Virus record (IMG/VR): IMGVR_UViG_3300048577_000472
Location: 1-32,024 of that record
Length of the DNA stretch: 32,024 nt
Direction: 5' to 3' (one strand)
Source: a virus
Lineage: Duplodnaviria > Caudoviricetes
The position numbers and the translations under genes are program-made. The notes beneath the pieces are model-generated. The model was not told the DNA's origin. It ran no database searches and worked only from the letters and a program-made list of their open reading frames with translations. Of the stretch, positions 16,401-25,753 are shown piece after piece. Position 1 is the first letter of the stretch, and the number at the start of each line of letters is the position of its first letter.

Positions 16401-17558
16401 ATGCGCAACGCGACTCACCCCCCGATAATCCACCCCACGGCCGCCATGGCCGTGCAGTTGCCCCAGGCGGCCGACGCTTCGACGTTGCCCGAGGGCATGA
16501 ACGTCCAACTGATCCCGGACGGCGCATTCGACGCCCGCGACGGCCGCCCCGGCAATCTCAAGGGCTGCACGGCCAAGGCTTGGCGTCTCGACGCCGACAT
16601 CGCCGCCGCGCTGATCGCCCAGGCCGAAGCCCGCGAAACGCCCCTTTGCATCGACTACGAGCATCACACCCTGACCGCCAAGGACCAGGGGCATAAGGCC
16701 CTGGCCGCCGGTTGGATTGAGGCCCTTGCCTACGTTCCCGGCCGGGGGCTTTTCGCCAAGGTCGCCTGGACCGACGCCGCCCGCGCCCACATCGAGGCCG
16801 ACGAATACCGCTACATTTCCCCGCTTTTCACCTTCGACGCGCGCACCGGGGCCGTGCTGGCCCTGGTTAACGCCGCACTGACCAACAACCCGGCCCTGGA
16901 CGGGATGGCCGCCGTGGCCGCCGTGCGCCAGCTGGCCGCAACCCAAGCCCAACAGACGGAGGCCTGTATGGATGAATTGCTGGAGCGTCTGCGCTGGATG
17001 TTAAACCTCCCGGTGACTTCCACCGCCGAGGACATCATCGCGCAATTGGACAAGCTCAAGACCATGCTCGCTGGCGAAGGCGAAGCCGCAACCGGCGTGG
17101 ATTTGCTGGCTATCCTGGCCGGTAAGGACGCCGCCATCGCGGCCCTGACCGCCCAGGCGGACAAACCCGATCCGGCCAAGTTCGCGCCGGTTGTGGCGCT
17201 GGCCGCGCTGACGGAGGAAGTGGCCACCCTCAAGACGAATTTGGCCGCAGCCAAGGCCCAAAATGGCACGGCCGCCCTGGATGCCGAAATCACGGCCGCC
17301 GTGGCCGACGGCCGCGTGCACAAGTCCCTTTCGGGCTGGCTGGCCGATCTGGCCGCCAAAGACCCGGACGCCGCCAGGGACTACCTGGCCAAGGCCGCGC
17401 CCGTGGCGGCCCTGACCGGCATGCAGACCCAGGCCGGGGGCTTTGCGCCGCCCGCGTCCGGCACCGGCACGGCGGCGCTTTCGGCCGAGGAAAAGGAAGC
17501 CGCCAAGCTCCTGGGCATCCCCGAAGAAGTTTTCGCCGGCACCAAGGAGGTGAAGTAA
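16401..17558 (+). CDS. Prohead protease (Mu gpI/gp32)
   Basis: IDYEHHTL, AAGW, EYRYISPLF, AALTNNPALDGM; start uncertain (16401 predicted leaderless). Confidence 0.92.
   Translation: MRNATHPPIIHPTAAMAVQLPQAADASTLPEGMNVQLIPDGAFDARDGRPGNLKGCTAKAWRLDADIAAALIAQAEARETPLCIDYEHHTLTAKDQGHKALAAGWIEALAYVPGRGLFAKVAWTDAARAHIEADEYRYISPLFTFDARTGAVLALVNAALTNNPALDGMAAVAAVRQLAATQAQQTEACMDELLERLRWMLNLPVTSTAEDIIAQLDKLKTMLAGEGEAATGVDLLAILAGKDAAIAALTAQADKPDPAKFAPVVALAALTEEVATLKTNLAAAKAQNGTAALDAEITAAVADGRVHKSLSGWLADLAAKDPDAARDYLAKAAPVAALTGMQTQAGGFAPPASGTGTAALSAEEKEAAKLLGIPEEVFAGTKEVK
16968..17558 (+). CDS. Scaffold protein (Mu gpZ-like), in-frame internal start within the protease gene
   Basis: GGAGG at 16958-16962 before in-frame ATG 16968 (MDELLERLRWMLNLP); same arrangement as Mu I/Z. 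Confidence 0.72.
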   Translation: MDELLERLRWMLNLPVTSTAEDIIAQLDKLKTMLAGEGEAATGVDLLAILAGKDAAIAALTAQADKPDPAKFAPVVALAALTEEVATLKTNLAAAKAQNGTAALDAEITAAVADGRVHKSLSGWLADLAAKDPDAARDYLAKAAPVAALTGMQTQAGGFAPPASGTGTAALSAEEKEAAKLLGIPEEVFAGTKEVK

Positions 17559-18464
17559 ATGGCGATTGTCACTCCGGCGCTTGTTAGCGCCCTTTTTACC
17601 GGCTTCAAGTCCGAATTTCAGCGCGTGTACGGCGAAACCCCGTCGAACTGGGACAAGGTGGCCACCCTCATGCCGTCCACGTCCAAGTCCAACACCTACG
17701 GCTGGCTGGGGCAGTTCCCGCAGCTGGTCGAGTGGGTGGGCGAGCGCGTGCTCAAGGACATGGCGGCCCATGGCTACACCATCACCAACAAGCTCTTCGA
17801 GTCCACGGTGGGGGTCAAACGCACGGACATCGAAGACGACGAAGTGGGCATTTACAAGCCGCTTTTCGGCGAGATGGGCCGGGCGTCCAAGAGCTTCCCG
17901 GATGAACTGGTTTACGGCCTGCTGTCCCTGGGCCTCTCCACGCTGTGCTTCGACGGGCAATACTACTTCGACATCGACCATCCGGTGTTCCCGAACGTCG
18001 ATGGAACCGGTGCGGCCGTCACGGTCAGCAACTTCGCCGCCGGTACGGACACGCCCTGGTATCTGCTCGACACGGCCCGCGTGCTCAAGCCCGTGCTGTT
18101 CCAGGAGCGCACCCAGCCCGAGCTTGCCAGCATGACCGATGGCAAGGACGAAGCGGTCTTCATGACCGACACCTACCGTTTCGGCATCCGCTACCGCTGC
18201 AATGCGGGCTTTGGGTTCTGGCAAACCGCCTTCTGCTCGAAGCTGCCGCTTAACGACGCCAACTTCAACGCCGCCTACGACGCCATGACCGGCTTCAAAG
18301 CCGACGGCGGCCGGCCGCTCGGCATCAAGCCCACCGTGCTGGTGGTGCCCACCAACCTGCGCACCGCAGCCGCCGAGGTGGTGCAGGTGGCCCGCCGGGC
18401 CGATGGCTCGGACAACCCCAACGCGGGCATTGTGGACGTGCTGGTCACGCCCTGGCTCAACTAG
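17559..18464 (+). CDS. Major capsid protein (Mu gpT)
   Basis: SNTYGWLGQFP, FESTVGVKRTDIEDD, CFDGQYYFDIDHPV, NAGFGFWQ. Confidence 0.95.
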   Translation: MAIVTPALVSALFTGFKSEFQRVYGETPSNWDKVATLMPSTSKSNTYGWLGQFPQLVEWVGERVLKDMAAHGYTITNKLFESTVGVKRTDIEDDEVGIYKPLFGEMGRASKSFPDELVYGLLSLGLSTLCFDGQYYFDIDHPVFPNVDGTGAAVTVSNFAAGTDTPWYLLDTARVLKPVLFQERTQPELASMTDGKDEAVFMTDTYRFGIRYRCNAGFGFWQTAFCSKLPLNDANFNAAYDAMTGFKADGGRPLGIKPTVLVVPTNLRTAAAEVVQVARRADGSDNPNAGIVDVLVTPWLN

Positions 18465-18472
18465 GAGGCGTC

Positions 18473-18748
18473 ATGAGCAAGCCTGACTCAGACACCGACG
18501 TCGTTGCCCCTGACAGCGTGGACGCCGTGGTGCGCACGCGCAGCCTGCGCGACGGCCATTTCCGCGCTGGATGCAAGCACGAGACCGAGGCCGTGGACTG
18601 GCCGCCCGGCACCTTTACCGATGCGCAGCTCGACCAACTGCGCGATGACCCGGACCTGGAAGTGGACGTGCTGGAAGACTTCTCCTTCGACGACGACCAG
18701 GACAAAGACGACAAGGGGCAGGCCAAAGATAGGGGCCGGAGCAAGTAA
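18473..18748 (+). CDS. Small head-associated protein (Mu gp35/HI1506-like)
   Basis: HFRAGCKH...FTDAQLDQLRDDPDLEV motif; SD AGGAGG. Confidence 0.7.
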   Translation: MSKPDSDTDVVAPDSVDAVVRTRSLRDGHFRAGCKHETEAVDWPPGTFTDAQLDQLRDDPDLEVDVLEDFSFDDDQDKDDKGQAKDRGRSK

Positions 18749-19165
18749 ATGTACGCCACCTGCCAGGAGATGACCCTTGCCTTTGGGGAGGACGAGGTGA
18801 TCGCCTTGACGGACCGAACGGGAGAGGGCCGCGTGGACGAGACTATCGCCACGGCGGCCCTGGTCCGCGCTAGCGACGAGGCGGACAGCTACCTGGCCGG
18901 GCGTTACGCCGTGCCGGTTTCGCCCGTGCCGCCGGTGTTGATCGCCATGGTCTGCGACATGGCCCGCTACCGACTGACCGGCGGCGCGGCCCAGGAAACC
19001 GACCCCATTACCGAACGCTACCGGTTGGCCATCCAATGGCTGACGCGCGTGGCCGACGGCAATGCAGACTTGCCCGGCGTGGGCGCGCCGGCCTCGGGTG
19101 GCGGCGCGGTGCAATTCAGCGCCGGCCGCCGGGTCTGGCAGCGCACGAGAGGCAAAGATGCTTAA
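18749..19165 (+). CDS. Head-tail adaptor (Mu gp36, DUF1320)
   Basis: MYAT...ASDEADSYLAGRYAVP...CDMARYRL. Confidence 0.9.
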   Translation: MYATCQEMTLAFGEDEVIALTDRTGEGRVDETIATAALVRASDEADSYLAGRYAVPVSPVPPVLIAMVCDMARYRLTGGAAQETDPITERYRLAIQWLTRVADGNADLPGVGAPASGGGAVQFSAGRRVWQRTRGKDA

Positions 19166-19814
19166 TCGCATTGAGGCTGCCATGGCCAAGCACCTAGCCG
19201 AGGCCAAGCTGCCGTACCTGCGCACCGTGGCCACCTACGGCGGCGAGTTCGACGAGGGGCTTACCGGCGTGGTGCGCCAGTTGCCGGCCGTGTGGCTGAT
19301 GTTTCGGGGTAGCGTGGGCGACCCCAAGGCAATGGCCACCAGTCGGCGCGTTTGGAAGGTGCCCGTGGCCTGGCTGCTTATGTGCGGCGCGCGCAACCTG
19401 CGAAACGAGGCCGCGCGCCGGGGCAGCCCGGTCAGCGTCGGCGTGTACCAAATGCTTGGCGACACGGCCCGGCTGCTGGTGAACCGCGACTTCGGGTTGG
19501 GCATTGATCCGCTCGTGCCCGGTCCCGTGCGCGCCATCTACAACGGCAAAACCCAAAGCCAAGCCTTGGCCGTCTACAGCCAGGAATGGCGCACGGCCTA
19601 CTCGCTGACCCTGCCCGCCGGGGCCAGCATCCAGGATTTCGACACGCCATACCCCGGAGCGAAGCTGGTGCCCGGCCAGGACGGCCAGGAAGGCCAGAAC
19701 TGGCAAGCCGACCTGCCGCTGCTCGAAACCATCGGCATCCGCTACCACCTGCTGCCAGACGACGGCGAAGCCGACGCCGAAGACCTTTTGACCTTGCAAG
19801 GAGACAACCCATGA
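19158..19814 (+). CDS. Tail terminator/neck protein (Mu gp37, DUF1834)
   Basis: VATYGGEFD, LPAVWLMF motifs; position. Confidence 0.82.
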   Translation: MLNRIEAAMAKHLAEAKLPYLRTVATYGGEFDEGLTGVVRQLPAVWLMFRGSVGDPKAMATSRRVWKVPVAWLLMCGARNLRNEAARRGSPVSVGVYQMLGDTARLLVNRDFGLGIDPLVPGPVRAIYNGKTQSQALAVYSQEWRTAYSLTLPAGASIQDFDTPYPGAKLVPGQDGQEGQNWQADLPLLETIGIRYHLLPDDGEADAEDLLTLQGDNP

Positions 19815-20026
19815 AGACCATTACCGTGAAGGCCGCGCCGGACGTCAAAGTGCCCATGGAGGGCGCGGCGCGGCGCTATATCACCGAAAGCGAGCCGGTG
19901 GACGTGCCGGAAAGCGCTTACTACCTGCGCCGCCTGGACGATGGCGACCTGGTGCGCGTGGAGGAAACCGCGTCCAAAGTCAAACCCAAGGCCAAGGAGG
20001 CCGCCACGGAGGTCGCCGATGGCTAG
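19811..20026 (+). CDS. Mu gp38-like protein (DUF2635)
   Basis: VKAAPDVKVPME...VPESAYYLRRLDDGDLV. Confidence 0.85.
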   Translation: MKTITVKAAPDVKVPMEGAARRYITESEPVDVPESAYYLRRLDDGDLVRVEETASKVKPKAKEAATEVADG

Positions 20027-21440
20027 CCCTAATATCAGCTTCGACACCTTGCCTTCCAGCATCCGCAAGCCGGGCAAGTATTTCGAGTTCAACACCCGCT
20101 TGGCCGTGCGGACGCTGCCGGCCAACATCCAGAAAATGTTGATCGTTGCCCAGGGCACCGCCGAGGGCACGCAAGCGCCGTTGACCGTGGTCAATGTCTA
20201 CAGCGACGCCGAGGCGGCGGAATTATTCGGCGTGGGCAGCCAGGCACACCTTATGTGCCGGGCTGCCATCACGGCCAATGCCTATTTGCATCTGTCCGTC
20301 ATCGCCCTGCGTGACGACGAGGCCGGTATCGCGGCGACATCCACGATCACCGTCACCGGCCCGTCCGCCGGCCTTGGCGTGGTGGAAGCCCTGGTGGGCA
20401 ACCAGACCGTGCAGATTTCGGTGTCGCTGGGCGATACCGCCGCCGCAATTGCCCTGGCCCTGGCCAACAAGATCAACGGCTATCCGTCGTTGCCGGTGAC
20501 GGCGGCGGCCGCCGAAGGCGTGGTGACGCTGACCGCCCGCAACAAGGGTGCGGCCGGTAATCTGATCCCAGTCAGCGTAACCTCGGCCGTGGATGGCGTG
20601 ACGGTCGCGGCCACGGTCATGAAAAATGGCGCGGTAGACCCGGACATCACGACGGCGCTGGCGGCGGTCTTTGCCGATGGCCATCACATCATCTGCACAC
20701 CGTATGCGTCGCAAACGTCGCTGACGATCCTGCGCCAGCATCTTAACGCCGTCAGCCACGCCCTGGAGCAACGCGGGGCCGTGGGCGTAGTCGGCAGCAC
20801 GGGCACGCTGGCGGCGGCCACCACCCTGGCCGGGCTGATCAACTCCGGGCGCATCACTATGGCCGTGGCGCCGGGCAGCGTCAGCCTGCCGTGCGAGTTG
20901 GCTGCCGCCTACGCGGCCATCATCGCCTTTGAGGAAGACCCGGCCCGGCCGCTCAACACGTTGGCCCTGACCGGCATTGATCCGCCGCCCTTTAAGCAAC
21001 GCCTCTCCCGCATGGAGCAGGAAACGGCACTCTGGAACGGCGTCACGCCATTTGAAGTCGGGCCGGGCGAGGTGGTGCAGATCGTGCGCGCCATAACCAC
21101 CTACACCCGCGACCCCCAGGGCGTGGACGACATCGCGCTTCTGGACCTGACCACCATCCGCACGCTCGACTATGTGCGCAAGGCCTGCCGGGAACGCATC
21201 GCGCTTCGCTTCCCACGCGAAAAGCTGTCCAGCCGCACGCCCCCCAAGGTGCGAAGCGAACTGATCGACGTGCTGAAAAAGCTGGAGGAGCTGGAGATTG
21301 TGGAAGAGGTCAAGGCCAACCTGGACGGGCTTATCTGCGAACGCGACAGCCAAGACCCCAACCGGCTTAACGCCAAAATTCCCTGCGACGTGGTCAACGG
21401 CCTGCACGTGTTTGCCGGCCGCATCGACCTGTTGCTGTAG
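20019..21440 (+). CDS. Tail sheath protein (Mu gpL)
   Basis: ISFDTLPSSIRKPGKYFEFN, IVRAITTY, DVVNGLHVFAGRIDLLL. Confidence 0.94.
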   Translation: MASPNISFDTLPSSIRKPGKYFEFNTRLAVRTLPANIQKMLIVAQGTAEGTQAPLTVVNVYSDAEAAELFGVGSQAHLMCRAAITANAYLHLSVIALRDDEAGIAATSTITVTGPSAGLGVVEALVGNQTVQISVSLGDTAAAIALALANKINGYPSLPVTAAAAEGVVTLTARNKGAAGNLIPVSVTSAVDGVTVAATVMKNGAVDPDITTALAAVFADGHHIICTPYASQTSLTILRQHLNAVSHALEQRGAVGVVGSTGTLAAATTLAGLINSGRITMAVAPGSVSLPCELAAAYAAIIAFEEDPARPLNTLALTGIDPPPFKQRLSRMEQETALWNGVTPFEVGPGEVVQIVRAITTYTRDPQGVDDIALLDLTTIRTLDYVRKACRERIALRFPREKLSSRTPPKVRSELIDVLKKLEELEIVEEVKANLDGLICERDSQDPNRLNAKIPCDVVNGLHVFAGRIDLLL

Positions 21441-21449
21441 GAGATCGCC

Positions 21450-21818
21450 ATGAAAGAATATGTCGGCGCGGTGGTCCTGGAAGTGGACGGCCAAGAGTAC
21501 GAGGTCATCGACCTGAATGTGGACCACCAAACTGGTAAAAAGGTGGTGAAAACAATGAACCGCACCGGTCGTGCCCTGGGGTTTCACCAAGGCGTGGCCA
21601 CCTACGAACTGTCCGTCACCGCCGCCATTCCCGTAACCGATGCCATGGATTGGGCGGCCGTGGAAGGGGCCAAAATCACCACGTATCCACTGGGGCAGGA
21701 AGGCCTGCGCGAGTCTTATCTCGGCTGCGCCGTCATCAGCGCCGGCATCAAATACAGCGTGGACAACGAGGCCCGCATCGACCTCAAGCTTTTAGCCCTG
21801 GACCATGTGAAGGAGTAA
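21450..21818 (+). CDS. Tail tube protein
   Basis: Follows the sheath; 122 aa, beta-rich. Confidence 0.8.
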   Translation: MKEYVGAVVLEVDGQEYEVIDLNVDHQTGKKVVKTMNRTGRALGFHQGVATYELSVTAAIPVTDAMDWAAVEGAKITTYPLGQEGLRESYLGCAVISAGIKYSVDNEARIDLKLLALDHVKE

Positions 21819-21822
21819 TTGC

Positions 21823-22149
21823 ATGCAGACCATCACCGGAAAATTGACCTACGGCCACGTGGACAAGGATGGCGTGACGCACGCGGCGTTCGAGATGCGC
21901 GTGCCCACCATCGAAGACATGGAGGCGGCCATCGAACAGGCCCCCTCCGACGCCAGCACGGCCCGGCTGTCGCGTTACATCTGGGCGCGCACCATCATTC
22001 GCCTGGGCACGCTGCCGCCCGAGGCCATCACCCCGGAGCTTCTGGGGGGCCTGCCTTTTAGCGAATACAGCGTGTTGGAGGCCGTTGAAAAAGAACTGCT
22101 GGGAAAGCTCGCGCCCGCGAGCGCCGCCTCCGGGAGTTCCGACTCTTAG
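21823..22149 (+). CDS. Tail assembly chaperone (short form)
   Basis: Between tube and tape measure; contains in-frame G GGA AAG near its 3' end. Confidence 0.82.
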   Translation: MQTITGKLTYGHVDKDGVTHAAFEMRVPTIEDMEAAIEQAPSDASTARLSRYIWARTIIRLGTLPPEAITPELLGGLPFSEYSVLEAVEKELLGKLAPASAASGSSDS

Positions 22150-22298
22150 AAGTGGCCCTTGCGGGCAAAAACATCACCATTACGGACGTGCGCGCCATGA
22201 CCATGCCCCAGATCGAAACCTACATCGCCCTGCTGACGGGCAAAACCTCGGCTCCCGGCCGGCACATCGTGCCCGCCCGGCGCGGTAAGGGGCGTTAG
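22101..22298 (+). CDS. -1 frameshift extension of the tail assembly chaperone (G-T type long form)
   Basis: Slippery heptamer GGGAAAG 22101-22107; the -1 frame is open to TAG 22296-22298, abutting the TMP ATG. Confidence 0.8.
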   Translation, partial: GKARARERRLREFRLLEVALAGKNITITDVRAMTMPQIETYIALLTGKTSAPGRHIVPARRGKGR

Positions 22299-24392
22299 AT
22301 GGGCAAGGATACTGTAGTCCAGGTCATCTTGCGCCTGCGCGACGAGATGGGCGCGCAGGCCAAAAAGGCTCTGGACGCCGTTGCCCAGGCCACCGGGGGC
22401 GTTGCCAAAGGCGTCGAGACGGCCGGCCGGGCTGCTTCGAAGCTTGGGGCCGTGCGCGATGCCACGGGCCGGCTCCAAAGCGCCGCGCGCGACGCCACTA
22501 GCCAACTCCAGGCCGCCGGCCGCGCGGCCGGGGCCATCCGGGGCGAGCGCATCAATGCCGCAGCCCAGGCCACGGCGCGTCTCGGCCGGGAGGCCAGAAC
22601 CTCCCGGAGGGAACTGGACGAAGCGGCCAAGGCCGGCGGACGGTTGGCCGCCTCGCTGGCCAAGGCCGGCAGCGCCGGAAAAGCCGCCTGGGGAGCGTCG
22701 CGGGGTGTGGGGCAAGTAGCTTCCGGGACCGCCGCCGGAGCTGCCGTGGCGGGGGCGGCGCTCAAAAAGCCCATCGACTTCGAGAAGCGCATGACGCTCA
22801 TGGCCAACACGGCCTATGCCGACGAACGAGACCCGGCCAAGCGTCTGGCCGGACGCCGTAAGCTGGTCGATTCGGTCAACACTGCTGTGCGCCAGGGGGG
22901 CGGCACACGTGACGAGGCGGCCGAAGCCCTGGACAAGATGCTGTCCTCGGGTGCGCTTAAAGAGGACACGGCTCGGAATCTGCTGCCCACAATTCAGAAG
23001 TTCGCCACAGCCTCGGGTGCCGGCTCCGGGGACATCTCGGAGATTCTTATCCGAGGCATCCAGCAAAAGTTCTTCACGGAGGGCCAGGCCGGCGAGGCCC
23101 TGGATAAGGCCTTGGCCGCCGGCCAAGCAGGCGGCTTTGAGCTCAAGGATATGGCCAAATGGCTGCCGAAGATGATGGCCATGGGCAGCGGCATGAAGGG
23201 CATGGGCGGCTACGAGCAGATTTTGGCCTATGCCCAGGCGGCGGCCACCACGGCGGGCAGTAAGGACGAAGCCGGCAACAACCTGGTCAACCTGCTACAA
23301 AAAATCAATTCCTCTGACACGCAAAAAGACTTCGCCCGCCTGGGCATCAACCTGACCGGCACACTGGTCAAAGCACGGGAAAAGGGCATCCTGCCCCTGG
23401 AAGCCTTTGCCAGGCTCATCGAAAAGCACGTGGCCGGCAAGGACCCGCGTTACAAACAGCTGCAAAAACGGCTGGGCGCGGCTCAGGGCGACGAGAAAAA
23501 ACAGATTCTGGGTGACATGGCCGACCTGGCCAACGCCTCGGCCGTGGGCCAGGTGGTTCAGGACCGGCAGGCACTTTTGGCCCTGATCGCGGCAATCAAT
23601 CAGAAGGAATATGTCAAGGAAGTCCTGGGCCGCATGAAGGAGTCCAAGGGGGAAGGCGACCGGAGCTTCGCCACCTACCAAGGCTCCACGGCCTACTCCA
23701 CAGAGCGTTTCGCCAACGAAGCCGAGATCGCCAGATCCAACATGCTCGGCGACGTGTCCGGGCCTCTCAAGGGCGTGGCGGATACAGCGGCGGACCTAGC
23801 CCAGCGGTTTCCGACCTTGGCCACCATGGCTATGGAAGCCACCACGGCCATAGGAGCCATGACGGCGGCCGCCGCAGCCTTTGGGGCCATGCGGCTTTTC
23901 ACCGGCGGCGGAGCCGGCGCGACAGCCGCCGGAGGGCTCGGTTTCTTGAAGGGAACCGGCGGGCTGCTTAAAGGCGCGGGCGTGCTGGGAGCCGCCGGCC
24001 TGGCCGCCTGGGGCATCTACAGCACCGAAAAAAACGACACCCTGACCCGTGCCCAAAAAAACATTGCAAACAGCGGAACCTATGGAGCCACGGGTGGTGC
24101 CCTGGCAGGCGCGGCCATGGGCGCGGCGGCTGGATCGGTTGTCCCGGTGATCGGCACCACCATTGGTGGTCTCCTGGGAGGTGCTTTTGGTTGGTGGGCT
24201 GGCGGCAAGGCCGGGCGGGAGGTGGGCAACAGGGCCTTCGGTGGGCCGTCCGGCGAGACCGTGCAGGGCGCACAGCAGCTGATCCAGCCTCGCGAGGAGA
24301 ACATCAAATTTGAATCCGTCCTTCACCTGGACGGCCGCGAAGTTGCCCGAGTAGTCAACGATTACAACAAAATCGATTCGTTGCGAGATTAG
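22299..24392 (+). CDS. Tail tape measure protein
   Basis: 697 aa, Ala/Gly-rich helical; GGFELKDMAKWLP; position. Confidence 0.9.
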   Translation: MGKDTVVQVILRLRDEMGAQAKKALDAVAQATGGVAKGVETAGRAASKLGAVRDATGRLQSAARDATSQLQAAGRAAGAIRGERINAAAQATARLGREARTSRRELDEAAKAGGRLAASLAKAGSAGKAAWGASRGVGQVASGTAAGAAVAGAALKKPIDFEKRMTLMANTAYADERDPAKRLAGRRKLVDSVNTAVRQGGGTRDEAAEALDKMLSSGALKEDTARNLLPTIQKFATASGAGSGDISEILIRGIQQKFFTEGQAGEALDKALAAGQAGGFELKDMAKWLPKMMAMGSGMKGMGGYEQILAYAQAAATTAGSKDEAGNNLVNLLQKINSSDTQKDFARLGINLTGTLVKAREKGILPLEAFARLIEKHVAGKDPRYKQLQKRLGAAQGDEKKQILGDMADLANASAVGQVVQDRQALLALIAAINQKEYVKEVLGRMKESKGEGDRSFATYQGSTAYSTERFANEAEIARSNMLGDVSGPLKGVADTAADLAQRFPTLATMAMEATTAIGAMTAAAAAFGAMRLFTGGGAGATAAGGLGFLKGTGGLLKGAGVLGAAGLAAWGIYSTEKNDTLTRAQKNIANSGTYGATGGALAGAAMGAAAGSVVPVIGTTIGGLLGGAFGWWAGGKAGREVGNRAFGGPSGETVQGAQQLIQPREENIKFESVLHLDGREVARVVNDYNKIDSLRD

Positions 24393-24394
24393 GC

Positions 24395-25753
24395 ATGGCC
24401 TGGAAAGACGATCTTCTCGACGCCACCTTTCGCGGGGTGTTTTTCGCCGTCATCTCGGCGCGCGACGATGTGGAACGCGCCCAGGTGCAACACGAATATC
24501 CGTATCGCGACGGGGCGGAGATTGAGGACATGGGCCGGCGGCCACGCAAGTTCACCATCCGCGCCGTGTTCTGGGGCGACGATTACGCCGACTACCTGGC
24601 CGATCTGGTCGATACCCTGGACACGCCCGGACCCGGCGAACTGATTCACCCCGTTTTCGGTTCCATCACGGTTTCCGTTTTTTCCTACGAGATCGACCAT
24701 CACGAAGACCATCCAGATTACGCCGAAATCGAAATGGTCATGATCGAGGCCGAGCAGGATCAACCGTTTTTTGCCGCCACCTACACCACCATGGGCCAAG
24801 CCGATGCCCAAGCGTATGACCTTGCCGACGCCGTGGCCGACGCCCAGGCCTGGGCGCTTGAGGCCTATGCCTCCTGGGCCGATGGCATACCGGGCTTGTC
24901 CGACGTGCTGGCCGTGGCCGAAGCCGTGTCCGGCGTCACTGACGCTCTGGCTATGGCCCGTGATCTGGTCGGGCTGCCCCTGGCCATCCTGGACAACGTG
25001 CTGGGCGCGCCCCTGGCCTTGCTGTCAGATGCCACGGCCGTGGCCGGGACCGTACTGGATACGGCGCTGTCCCTGCCGGATGCCGTAGGGGTGTTTTTAC
25101 CATTTGCGCAGTTCTGCGAAGACCTGGTGGCGCTGCCGCTGACCATGGCCGGCGAGGCGCTGACGTTCGTGGCCAGCGTCGAACGCTATGCCGGCATTCT
25201 GCTGGGTGGGCCGGCATCGGATGCACCGGGACCGCAGCCCGTGCTGACGCTGGCCGCGACAGTTACCCCGACGTCGCGCCAAGCGGTGGACCTTGCCACC
25301 GTGGCCAGCCAGGGCTTCGCCCAGGGCGCGATCATCACCAACCTGGCCAGGACTGCGGTCGTGGCCAAGGAAGCTTCTCGTGTGCTGACGGCCGAAGTGT
25401 CGGCCCCAACGCTTACCCCCTCCGAAGTGGAAGCCGTGGTGGGCAGCACACGGGAGCGCATCCAGGCCACCATCGACGACGCCGTCACCGTGCTGCCCAC
25501 GTATAGGGCGCACCCGGTGGCCGAGGCGTTACGCACCGCCGCCCTGGCTGTGCAGGAACTTGGCCGCACGGTCATCCATCTGCATCCGCCGCTTATTAGT
25601 ACCGCCGTGCCCAGCGCCTGTAACCTGCATTGGCTGGCGCACAAGCTCTATGGCGACTACAGCCGCGCCGATGAGCTGGCGCGGCTCAATCCCGGCATCC
25701 GCAACCCCAATTTCCTGGCCCGTGGCCAGACCATTTTACGCTATGCCAAGTGA
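24395..25753 (+). CDS. DNA circularization protein (Mu gpN/gp43-like)
   Basis: DATFRGVFF, HEYPYRDG, GELIHPVFG, LYGDYSRADEL. Confidence 0.9.
   Translation: MAWKDDLLDATFRGVFFAVISARDDVERAQVQHEYPYRDGAEIEDMGRRPRKFTIRAVFWGDDYADYLADLVDTLDTPGPGELIHPVFGSITVSVFSYEIDHHEDHPDYAEIEMVMIEAEQDQPFFAATYTTMGQADAQAYDLADAVADAQAWALEAYASWADGIPGLSDVLAVAEAVSGVTDALAMARDLVGLPLAILDNVLGAPLALLSDATAVAGTVLDTALSLPDAVGVFLPFAQFCEDLVALPLTMAGEALTFVASVERYAGILLGGPASDAPGPQPVLTLAATVTPTSRQAVDLATVASQGFAQGAIITNLARTAVVAKEASRVLTAEVSAPTLTPSEVEAVVGSTRERIQATIDDAVTVLPTYRAHPVAEALRTAALAVQELGRTVIHLHPPLISTAVPSACNLHWLAHKLYGDYSRADELARLNPGIRNPNFLARGQTILRYAK

Noticed and set aside
17001-18224. 407-aa minus-strand ORF
   Set aside because: Antisense to protease/capsid; a codon-bias artefact.
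20223-21590. 455-aa minus-strand ORF
   Set aside because: Antisense to the tail sheath; no independent support.
22085-22288. 67-aa ORF from the track as the second chaperone
   Set aside because: Wrong frame; the -1 frame from GGGAAAG ending at 22298 fits better.
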